From positions 1-17,743 of the forward strand of contig JAZGFI010000286.1 in the NCBI GenBank assembly GCA_036479435.1: a stretch of DNA of 17,743 nt, read 5' to 3'. The stretch comes from Planctomycetota bacterium (GTDB taxonomy: Bacteria > Planctomycetota > GCA-002687715 > DRQF01). The position numbers were made by a program, and so were the translations under genes. This document shows positions 1 to 7,096 of the stretch, piece after piece (within the stretch, counting starts at the first letter, position 1; every line of letters starts with the position of its first letter). The notes beneath the pieces were generated by a model. That model was not told where the DNA came from. It ran no database searches and saw only the letters and a program-made list of their open reading frames with translations.

Positions 1-127
1 TTAAGCCCCTCGCGGACGATTGCTCGCCGCGAGGGGCTTTTTTTTGTCGATCAAATCACGTTCGCTGGACTTCACCATGCGGATCAAATCCATCGCAGGA
101 TAATGACTGAAACGAGGTGCGGATTAA
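1..127 (+). repeat. Terminal direct repeat, copy 1 (probable assembly circularisation overlap)
   Basis: Identical to 17617-17743; 127 nt equals a common maximum de Bruijn k-mer. Confidence 0.95.
3..45 (+). terminator. Rho-independent terminator (same locus as 17619-17661)
   Basis: 13-bp stem AAGCCCCTCGCGG/CCGCGAGGGGCTT running into T8. Confidence 0.9.
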
Positions 128-259
128 CGCGTAGATAATGGGCTGCGATTTTGGTGAGCCCCAACTTCGTTTGTCTCAAAGAAAAATCATGAAAGTTCAG
201 CACTCCACGTCATCCCAACCCCATCCCAGTTGAAGACCAACTTTTTTTGGGAGCAAATA

Positions 260-769
260 ATGCTTAACCAACCCTATTTCGAAATCGCTCTTGTCGCTAC
301 TGACAACTCTCCACTCTCATTGTCGAAACGTATCGACCGCGCCCTGAGCAACTTGAATGCTTCTGAATCACTCTCGGAGCCAGAGAACTTGGCCAAGGTC
401 CAGTTGGAGCTGTTGAATAAAGAACTTGCCAAACAGGGCTGCGAACAAGACCTTGATCAATTGGCATGGAACTCGCGCCTCGTTCTGCACTCCGTGCTTC
501 AATCAGATTCAGACCCTACCCTCTTAAGAGGCTTGCTTCTTAACCGCACGCTTGAGCTCAAAACTCAAGCAGCCGACGTTCTCAGTCTGCTTGGCCTTGA
601 CGACCTATTGGAAGACGTTTTGAATGCTCTTGAGCTTCTGAAACAGCATTTCTTGCAGTTGAGCCTCTCGGGCCTGGAAGCGTTGAAGAGTAGTGAGAGA
701 TTGACTCTGGATGACCTGCTCTGCCAGCTCCAAGGCCCGACGTTGCAGAAGAAGAAGAAATCGGCATGA
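260..769 (+). CDS. Hypothetical leucine-rich helical protein (~169 aa)
   Basis: ATG at 260 preceded by GGGAG (249-253); stop overlaps next start (ATGA 766-769); no recognisable motif. Confidence 0.7.
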   Translation: MLNQPYFEIALVATDNSPLSLSKRIDRALSNLNASESLSEPENLAKVQLELLNKELAKQGCEQDLDQLAWNSRLVLHSVLQSDSDPTLLRGLLLNRTLELKTQAADVLSLLGLDDLLEDVLNALELLKQHFLQLSLSGLEALKSSERLTLDDLLCQLQGPTLQKKKKSA

Positions 770-1053
770 CTGAATCAGCAACGTTGGACTCTGACGAGAA
801 TGTTCTTTCCCCTGCAGTCGATCGTTCGATTGCTTGCGGGGGAGACAGGCGGGCTCATGCCGGTGTGGTTGAGCTCACAAAGTTCTACGCGGGACTTATT
901 CAAAACGAAGAGGGAGCCCCTCTACCCGTGAGAACCGATGCTTTCCTGCACGCGAGTGAAGAGGCGCTTGATGATCGCGAACTCTTTCAAGAGCTCCAGT
1001 TGAACATGGGCGAGGACTTGCTGTTGCGGGATCTTCGTGAACTGGAGGATTGA
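766..1053 (+). CDS. Small acidic hypothetical protein (95 aa)
   Basis: ATGA coupling to the upstream ORF; strongly acidic composition. Confidence 0.65.
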   Translation: MTESATLDSDENVLSPAVDRSIACGGDRRAHAGVVELTKFYAGLIQNEEGAPLPVRTDAFLHASEEALDDRELFQELQLNMGEDLLLRDLRELED

Positions 1054-1128
1054 TGAGGGTTAGATAATCGAAGCATTTCACTTACATGTTGGTCGCAACG
1101 AGTTGGGGGGCATGGCGAGTAGTTCGCC

Positions 1129-1716
1129 ATGACCCCTCAAACTTTTGGGAATGGACCAATGGCCGCACGACTACCAGCTATTACAGCTGAAGATTTCAAA
1201 GATGACGAAGCCAAGATCAGCTCGGAGCCTGAATTGCTAGGCTTCTTCTTGATCGACAAGGGAACAGAGAGGTCGATAGGAGCATCATATAATCGTGAGT
1301 TGAGACGGACCTCACCTGACAGCACCTCTGATAAGATCTTGGAAATCGCGAACAACCCTTCTTTCTGGTGCTCTCGAACCAAGGCTGAAATCAGAAAAAA
1401 CGTGATTAGCATCATGGGGAAGATGAATCGGAAGCCTAAAGCAAGCAAGGAGCTTGATGTCGCAAGGGTTCATTCAGAGGCGAATGAGAAACTGCGAGAT
1501 CAAAAAGCTGAGAACACCTTGAAGATGAAAGCCTGCGTCCGACACCTAAGCGGTGTGAATCCGCCGGTGCTTCTTGAGAGGCTCAAAGGCCGAACCTACA
1601 GAGACATTTGCGAGGAGCTTGAACTCAGCCCTGGTCAAGCTCGACATGCATACGAGGTTCAGATAGAACTTCTAAAGGCACGAATTAAGTCAGATCGCGA
1701 ACTTCGAGGATTATAG
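1129..1716 (+). CDS. Divergent ECF-type sigma-70-like protein (sigma region 4 HTH)
   Basis: C-terminus ACVRHLSGVNPPVLLERLKGRTYRDICEELELSPGQARHAYEVQIELLKARI fits the sigma70 region 4.2 pattern (L..L......l....GlsY.EIae.LgiS.gtv); 195 aa is ECF-sized; region 2 is poorly conserved. Confidence 0.65.
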   Translation: MTPQTFGNGPMAARLPAITAEDFKDDEAKISSEPELLGFFLIDKGTERSIGASYNRELRRTSPDSTSDKILEIANNPSFWCSRTKAEIRKNVISIMGKMNRKPKASKELDVARVHSEANEKLRDQKAENTLKMKACVRHLSGVNPPVLLERLKGRTYRDICEELELSPGQARHAYEVQIELLKARIKSDRELRGL

Positions 1717-1883
1717 GAAGACAGTGGGTGACAATCGGAGAAGCGTATCGACCTCCAGGAGATGGGATCTTCCGGGGGTCGTCTTCGTTTGTCTTTAGCA
1801 AGATTTCTCAGCGCTTCAGGCATAGCCAACACCATCTCTATTGTTGGTTCGCTCGCTTTGGTGGTGCTTAAGAAAGGTTTGCT

Positions 1884-2042
1884 ATGGACTTAAATGCTCG
1901 TGAAGTCGGAAAGCTTGTCAGCGCAATTAGCGCACATCTCACGTATGTCATGCTCATGACATTTTTGGTCTTTGTTGTGATGGCAGTCTCTTTGGGAGCC
2001 ATAACGCTGGCTCTCTTGGACTATCTGAAATTGATTGGCTGA
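1884..2042 (+). CDS. Small membrane protein (52 aa), not in the ORF track
   Basis: AGAAAGG upstream of ATG 1884; MDLNAREVGKLVSAISAHLTYVMLMTFLVFVVMAVSLGAITLALLDYLKLIG has one long hydrophobic helix; ends just before a terminator. Confidence 0.55.
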   Translation: MDLNAREVGKLVSAISAHLTYVMLMTFLVFVVMAVSLGAITLALLDYLKLIG

Positions 2043-2058
2043 TTGGTGTGGTCGGCGC

Positions 2059-2095
2059 AAAAGGGGGCGAGCTCAGTGGTGCTCGTCCCCTTTTT
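2059..2095. terminator. Bidirectional intrinsic terminator
   Basis: AAAAGGGGGCGAGC-loop-GCTCGTCCCCTTTTT between the convergent cargo operon and the recombinase gene. Confidence 0.85.
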
Positions 2096-2107
2096 GTCAA
2101 TCTTGGC

Positions 2108-3112
2108 TCAAAGGCAGAGCTTCAAGAACTTCCCCACGTTCTCGCGGAAGGCCGAGCCGTGGCGGATATAGCGGCGAACGGTCGCCGTCGATTTCCAGCC
2201 ACCTTGCGCCATGATCGCTCTCTCGGGCGCGCCATCCGCGGCGGCTTGGGTCGCTAAGCCCGCGCGAAGCGAGTGACCTGAGAACTTTTCGGGATCTTTG
2301 AGCCCCGCCGCCTTTGCCGCCTTCTGAATGACACGCGCCACGGTGCGACCGTCGATCCGGTTTGGCTTCACGTTCCCGCCCTTGGTTACAGACCGGAAGA
2401 CCGGCCCGGACTCGATCTCGGCCAGGTCGAGCCAAGCCAAGAGCGCTCGGACGGGGCAAACTTTCAAATCGGATTGAAACAGAAGGCCCTTAACTGTGCC
2501 CTCGCCTTCTTGATCGGTTTTCGACCGGCGCAGGATGATTCGAAGGCCCTCTTCGGTTTGCTCGACGTCTTCCAGATCGAGGGCCGCCAGCTCCGACCGC
2601 CGAAACGCGCCATGGAATCCCGTCAACAGCAGCGCCCGGTCTCGAACGCCAAGCGCCCCGTCGCCAGTCGTCGCCAGCAATGCCCTAAGTTCTTCGCGGG
2701 TTATCGGAGTTGCTCCGTTCATCGCCACGCCTTTTTCGCGCCGAATCCCCTTCCAGACTTCTCGGCATCCAGGCTCAGCCGTGGGGGACCGGTGCCCGGC
2801 CAGTTGATGCGCCACGGCGATCGAGGATAGCCGCCGCTGAAGGGTTGAGGTTGAAAGCGCCTCCGCGAAGGCCGTCAGGTATCGCGCCACGGTTTCCGGG
2901 CTCGCTGGCAGGGAGTCGAGACCCGAGGCTGAACACCATTCGGAAAAGTGAGCCCAATCGGAGCGGTAAGCCCGTTGGGTTGCCTCGCTCCTGGCCGCCT
3001 TCGCGAAGTCGAGAGCCGCGGCGTCGATCTCGGCCGGGTTCACAAGCTCGCCGCGCTTGCCTCGGGTCGCCGGGAGGTTTTTGGTCTTCGGGGTGGTTGA
3101 TCGCTTCGCCAT
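2108..3112 (-). CDS. Tyrosine recombinase, Cre/XerC-like (N-terminal core-binding domain + catalytic domain)
   Basis: Catalytic set visible: R (FRRSEL), K (RSKTDQ), H-x-x-R (HSLRAG), W (GGW), Y (RRYI); N-terminal 'SEATQRAYRSDW..F..WC'. ATG 3112 has GAGGA 7 nt upstream. Confidence 0.95.
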   Translation of the reverse strand: MAKRSTTPKTKNLPATRGKRGELVNPAEIDAAALDFAKAARSEATQRAYRSDWAHFSEWCSASGLDSLPASPETVARYLTAFAEALSTSTLQRRLSSIAVAHQLAGHRSPTAEPGCREVWKGIRREKGVAMNGATPITREELRALLATTGDGALGVRDRALLLTGFHGAFRRSELAALDLEDVEQTEEGLRIILRRSKTDQEGEGTVKGLLFQSDLKVCPVRALLAWLDLAEIESGPVFRSVTKGGNVKPNRIDGRTVARVIQKAAKAAGLKDPEKFSGHSLRAGLATQAAADGAPERAIMAQGGWKSTATVRRYIRHGSAFRENVGKFLKLCL

Positions 3113-3123
3113 GGTCAAATCCT

Positions 3124-3160
3124 CATTATGTCCGATACCACTATATTATCGGTCATAATG
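3124..3160. promoter_or_regulatory. lox/dif-like recombination site candidate (14-bp inverted arms, 9-bp asymmetric spacer)
   Basis: CATTATGTCCGATA-CCACTATAT-TATCGGTCATAATG, 13/14 arm match, immediately upstream of the recombinase gene. Confidence 0.75.
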
Positions 3161-3168
3161 GGTGTCAA
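3140..3168 (-). promoter_or_regulatory. sigma70 promoter of the recombinase gene
   Basis: TTGACA (3168-3163), 17 nt, TATAGT (3145-3140) on the minus strand. Confidence 0.8.
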
Positions 3169-3241
3169 GGATAGACAGGGAATATCAGGGGCGATCAGGG
3201 AGTGACAGGCGGGGGAGGGTGGGCCTTCTAAACGTGGGGAG

Positions 3242-3270
3242 TTTTCTGCGGGGGTCTACGCGCGAGGGGC
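3242..3270 (+). repeat. 29-bp direct repeat, copy A (copy B at 5371-5399)
   Basis: TTTTCTGCGGGGGTCTACGCGCGAGGGGC vs TTTTCTGACGGGGTCTATGCGCGAGGGGC, 26/29 identical. Confidence 0.8.
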
Positions 3271-3641
3271 AAACCCGCCCTCGCCGGAACACTGGCTGGC
3301 TTCAAGTCGGGTAACTGGGCGCAAAGCTGGAATATTTTGGCCCACAGGAGGCTGGGGCCAGGACGGTCGAGGATTTTTTAGACCAGTCTCCCATGCGCGA
3401 GAGGCGGTCGCACGGCGGCCATTTTTCTGTGGAGGAAAATGGTGAATGACGCCAGGCGGAAGCATCGGGGATCAGCAAGCCATCACTGATTTTACACCGG
3501 AAGCGTGCGGAAGCGAACGCATGTGACTGGATGAATTCTCGAATTGCTTACCTCCGATTGTCCGCCATCCGTAATGTCTCGGATTCCAGACCAGGCATTA
3601 CCAATGGACAACACCACGCTAATTTTGGAAGGAAGAATTCC

Positions 3642-4388
3642 ATGAGACATTTGTCATACGGGCTTCTCATTCTCGTTTTCTCGGCCGCGATCGCCGTGGG
3701 ACAATTTGTTCCGCAAGGAGCGCAAGTGCGAACGGGTCTTACGATCTCCCAGTCGAGCTCATCATCCGATTGCCAGTTATGCTCCGCCTCAACGGCTTTG
3801 GCCAACCTTTTTCACTCCGGTCCGGTTAATCCGAGTGACCCAGGCTGGGAAACTTCGCCGACCAACCCAGACAATATTTTTGGTGGTCTTGACGCGGCGG
3901 TAACTGATCCCGAAAACTCCGACCAAGTTGCAGGTGCCGCCGATGATAAAGGCGACGAGCTCGGTGGCGGAGATCTCAAGACAGACGTTACGGGATATGG
4001 CGACGTCAAGACTCCGAACGGCGGAGCTTCCGGGGGTCCGACAACGCCCATTTGCGGGATTGGTCCGAATGAATCTATGATCTTGCTTTGTGATTTCCCT
4101 TCGGGCGTAGGGCACGCACTCCTTCTGCAATCCAAGGATCCCACGCTCACGTGGTATGGCTTCGCGGATGAACCTCCGGCTTCAACAGATCCCGTTAACG
4201 TCAGCTGGGGAGGCTACACTTGGTGGATTGTCCAAGTGTACAAGGTTAAGGTTTGGGACCCATTTAGCGACGCTATAATCGAGGTTCTCATCACGCCCGG
4301 CGGCGATATTTATGATACTGGGGTTGTGCCCAGCCCTGAGTGGGGAAACGTTGGCGGCGGAATCCGAATCACCGTGTCTGAGACTTAA
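3642..4388 (+). CDS. Secreted protein, putative papain-fold (C39-like) cysteine peptidase
   Basis: GGAAGGA upstream of ATG 3642; Sec signal MRHLSYGLLILVFSAAIAVG/Q; motifs Q..DCQLCSASTALANL, GHALLL and KVWDP in the order of a Q/C/H/D catalytic set. Confidence 0.55.
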   Translation: MRHLSYGLLILVFSAAIAVGQFVPQGAQVRTGLTISQSSSSSDCQLCSASTALANLFHSGPVNPSDPGWETSPTNPDNIFGGLDAAVTDPENSDQVAGAADDKGDELGGGDLKTDVTGYGDVKTPNGGASGGPTTPICGIGPNESMILLCDFPSGVGHALLLQSKDPTLTWYGFADEPPASTDPVNVSWGGYTWWIVQVYKVKVWDPFSDAIIEVLITPGGDIYDTGVVPSPEWGNVGGGIRITVSET

Positions 4389-4392
4389 TCCT

Positions 4393-5151
4393 ATGAGCAA
4401 GACATCCATTTTGATGGCTATTTTAATCGTCGTCTGCTCAGTGGGAGCTTTGATTGTTTCCTCGAAAGAAAACGAGGCCATGTCCAAGAAGGACGCTTCA
4501 GGCGACGTTGAGCAACCGACATCGAAGGTCGTTGAAGACAATGAGTCCGATGCTTCGAAAACTACAAAAAAACATGTTGCCGACAAGATCGCTCGCAATG
4601 AGTTCGTTGACATCGAACCAGCGGTCACGATGGTAAATCATCTTTCTGGAGATCTTTTCTATACGACTGCTCAGGACCAGGTAATTGGCCTGCTAAAGTC
4701 TCTGGAGTCTCTGCGAAGCCTTCCGGGTCTTCAGCGCACCGACAACGGCAGAACCCACCCCGCATTGCGCGAGGTCAAAGTGACGGCTGAAGTTGATGGC
4801 ATGAAGTTCACGGAGACACTTCGAGGACAACGACACACGGTCAACCTTGAGACCCCAAAGCTTGTCTTGAATTACACTTGGCTCGGAAAATCCAATGATA
4901 TTCCGGATGCCATCATCGGCATTGTCACGCACAAGACCGAAGGTGGAATAGGGGAGAAAAGAATGTTTCGCCTAAGTATCCAGACAGTGGCTCCACACAA
5001 GATGTCGCTTACGCCTCGCGTTTGGAAAGAAGATTACTTTGCTCACCTGAGCAAATTCATCGGCCTGCCGCCTATGTCATCCGAGGCAATCCTCATGGCA
5101 TTTTCAGAAAATACTCCGGACGCCTCATTTCAGAGCCTTTACGGTTCCTAA
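4393..5151 (+). CDS. Membrane-anchored / exported hypothetical protein (~252 aa)
   Basis: ATG 4 nt after the upstream stop; N-terminal hydrophobic segment ILMAILIVVCSVGALIV then a charged linker and a globular domain. Confidence 0.7.
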   Translation: MSKTSILMAILIVVCSVGALIVSSKENEAMSKKDASGDVEQPTSKVVEDNESDASKTTKKHVADKIARNEFVDIEPAVTMVNHLSGDLFYTTAQDQVIGLLKSLESLRSLPGLQRTDNGRTHPALREVKVTAEVDGMKFTETLRGQRHTVNLETPKLVLNYTWLGKSNDIPDAIIGIVTHKTEGGIGEKRMFRLSIQTVAPHKMSLTPRVWKEDYFAHLSKFIGLPPMSSEAILMAFSENTPDASFQSLYGS

Positions 5152-5182
5152 GCCTCCCAAAGCCAACTCGACTACTCGAATG

Positions 5183-5218
5183 ACGCCGCGCTGAGTGACC
5201 AGCGCGGCGTTACCTTTT
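5183..5218 (+). terminator. Intrinsic terminator after the cargo gene pair
   Basis: 11-bp stem ACGCCGCGCTG/CAGCGCGGCGT then TACCTTTT (interrupted U tract). Confidence 0.65.
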
Positions 5219-5291
5219 GGGACTGCTCGGTCCGCTAAGCGTGGCCCGTAGCCTCATTTCCAAACGCCTCCGCGAGACTCGCCGGATTAAC

Positions 5292-5389
5292 GCCACTCGA
5301 CTTTCTGGATGTTTCCCGACTTTTCCGACGGGGTCCATGGAGCCGCTCGACTTTGTGGGGCTTATCCGACTTTTCTGACGGGGTCTATG
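5292..5389 (+). repeat. Two tandem imperfect repeats, 50-bp period
   Basis: 5292-5339 vs 5342-5389, 39/48 identical, sharing CTCGACTTT and CCGACTTTTCYGACGGGGTCYATG. Confidence 0.8.
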
Positions 5390-6093
5390 CGCGAGGGGCT
5401 CAGGTGACTTTCTGGGGCCAATTTTCCATCCACTATAAAAAGGGAGCCGAGTTGACCGTCAAAAACGGCGCTAACGGTGGCATCGTCTTCGTTGCCGTCT
5501 TCTGACCTTGCAGGGCTCGGCACGGACACCGCGCGAGTTTCTGAGGGTTTCGCTCCGTAGTCGACGACCACCTTTTGCGGATCGGCTGGCTTTACTTCTA
5601 AGTCAGATTTTTGATCCGCCGCACGAATAGAGTGCCAATTGGCACTCTGTTTTCCGCTCCTTACTTTTGAGTCGGATTTTTGATCCTCGGGACGAATAGG
5701 GTATTGATTAATACTCTGTTTGCCGTCGTTTCCCGCTTTGGAGTCTGGTTTTTGCTCTCCAGGGGCACAATTAGAGTACCGATCGGTACTCTGTTGCTCT
5801 TCTTTGATTTGTTCGGTGGCGCTATGCAGCGAACGAGAGCCGCTTCTTACCTCTTTTGCGAGCTCGGGATCGGCCTTGGCAACGCTCTCGGCGCGGGCCA
5901 TCGACCGCCGACTAACACCCGCCTTTTTCGCCGCCTCTTTCAGCGTGTCGATTTTCGCGCGCGCCCTTTCATAAGGCGACTTTTTTGGAGTTTTGCGCCC
6001 ACCTTCGCGCGCGCGAGGCGCAAAAGGCTCACCGTCAAAGAAGGTGGCATCTCGATCTGGGGATCCGAGTTTCTGGGGCAGTTTTCGGTCCAC
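5362..6093 (-). CDS. HTH protein resembling the HTH/helical part of ParB-like phage proteins; possibly a fragment or pseudogene
   Basis: EAAKKAGVSRRSMARAESVAKADPELAKEVRSGSRSLHSA matches the pattern of that HTH; three ~23-25-aa internal repeats follow. No RBS at GTG 6093, and both ends lie in DNA repeats. Confidence 0.45.
   Translation of the reverse strand: MDRKLPQKLGSPDRDATFFDGEPFAPRAREGGRKTPKKSPYERARAKIDTLKEAAKKAGVSRRSMARAESVAKADPELAKEVRSGSRSLHSATEQIKEEQQSTDRYSNCAPGEQKPDSKAGNDGKQSINQYPIRPEDQKSDSKVRSGKQSANWHSIRAADQKSDLEVKPADPQKVVVDYGAKPSETRAVSVPSPARSEDGNEDDATVSAVFDGQLGSLFIVDGKLAPESHLSPSRIDPVRKVG
5406..5479 (+). repeat. ~74-bp imperfect direct repeat (second copy 6067-6139)
   Basis: Shared blocks TTTCTGGGGC, TCCACT..AAAAAGGG, ACCGTCAAA.ACGG and GCTAACGGTG in the same order and near-identical spacing. 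Confidence 0.75.
5592..5796. repeat. Three tandem 69-75-bp units, each containing a 20-bp palindrome
   Basis: Palindromes at 5629-5648 (AGAGTGCCAATTGGCACTCT), 5698-5717 (AGGGTATTGATTAATACTCT) and 5773-5792 (AGAGTACCGATCGGTACTCT); units share AGTCNGRTTTTTG and CTCTGTT. Confidence 0.9.
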
Positions 6094-6702
6094 TTAAAAA
6101 AGGGGATCGCCTCACCGTCAAATACGGTGGCTAACGGTGAACCCGAGACCTCGAAGAAAAGCCTTCATCATGCGAATTCGGGCTCTGAGGTAGTGGTTCT
6201 TGGCAAAGAAGGCCAAAAATGCGGTTGCCGTCAAAAACGGGGGCAATTCGCGAGGCTCTTGACCGCGCTTGCAGGGTCTCAGGCCACGAGCAAAGAGTGC
6301 CGAGGATTCGCCCGAATCGGGTTCGCCGACCCCGACACCCCAAAAGGCGCAGGCCGTGCGAAGCGCGAGCCACGCAACACCGATGCAACACCTAAAAAGG
6401 GCTGTTGCACGATCGGCCCTCAGATAGTTTCCGACCGCTTACGCGAGGCAGGTCGGCTCAACGCCTGCGGAGTTTCCGGAGTTTTCGGAGTCGGTCACGC
6501 GCGCGCGAGGCGCTCACTTTCTGGGGGTTCTTGAACGGCCTACGCGCGCACACGCGAGGCCCGACCACGATCAGGACGACACTCTCGCTGCCAGGGCGAA
6601 CCAGGAAGCGCCCTCAATGCTCAATTTGCTGACTTTGGCTTAGGTTTCTGGGGCCAAATCGTGGAAACATCGTCTCGACCAAGAACCGAGCGAGATGTAC
6701 TC

Positions 6703-6936
6703 ATGACCAGCGAACACGATGACCAACAACCGGACGCTGACCAGGCCGAGGCCGAGCCACGCGCTTTGACCTACCGACAAGCCGCGGATTCTGTCGGGGT
6801 TTCAATCCAAACCGTGCGACGGTGGTGCGCTTCGGGAAAGCTTCGGCGCGTCTTCCTCGCTGGCAAGGTTCCTCGAATCCTCTTGGCTGACCTTCACGCC
6901 TTCGCCTGCGAATCGCCGACCGCTCGCGCCGTCTAA
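6703..6936 (+). CDS. Excisionase/AlpA-like winged-HTH DNA-binding protein (HTH_17 type)
   Basis: ALTYRQAADSVGVSIQTVRRWCASGKLRRVFLAGKVPRILLADLHAF is the typical excisionase-family pattern. Confidence 0.85.
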   Translation: MTSEHDDQQPDADQAEAEPRALTYRQAADSVGVSIQTVRRWCASGKLRRVFLAGKVPRILLADLHAFACESPTARAV

Positions 6937-7096
6937 GCGAAGAGGCCGGAAGGCTTCGCGCTCTCCGACCCCTCTCATTGATGCTTCGCGGGCTCAGCAA
7001 GACTGCCACGCAACTGTTATGCGATCCAAGCCAGGGCCATTAAGGCGGCCACGAGGGCACACATGACGAGAGATCGGCCACACTCTTTCGCGGCGT

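Noticed and set aside
1..127. 127-bp terminal repeat as biological DTR or attL/attR
   Set aside because: Exact identity and a length equal to a standard assembler k-mer point to a circularisation overlap; it cuts an intergenic region arbitrarily.
1762..1893. 43-aa hydrophobic micro-ORF
   Set aside because: AGGAG abuts the ATG with no spacing and there is no other support; possible but not callable.
1945..1962. Palindrome ATGTCATG-CT-CATGACAT
   Set aside because: Single copy inside a small ORF, with half-sites inverted relative to the parS candidate; may be chance.
2048..3174. Several + strand and alternate-frame ORFs over the recombinase (likewise over dnaB, primase, helicase and parAB)
   Set aside because: Shadow ORFs expected in GC-rich coding DNA; the motif-bearing frame is unambiguous.
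5592..5796. Mini CRISPR array
   Set aside because: The palindromes vary while the intervening sequences are homologous to each other, the reverse of CRISPR; no cas genes are present.
5680..6534. 284-aa + strand ORF
   Set aside because: It is antisense to the HTH-bearing ORF, runs through repeats, has a TTG start without RBS and shows no motif.
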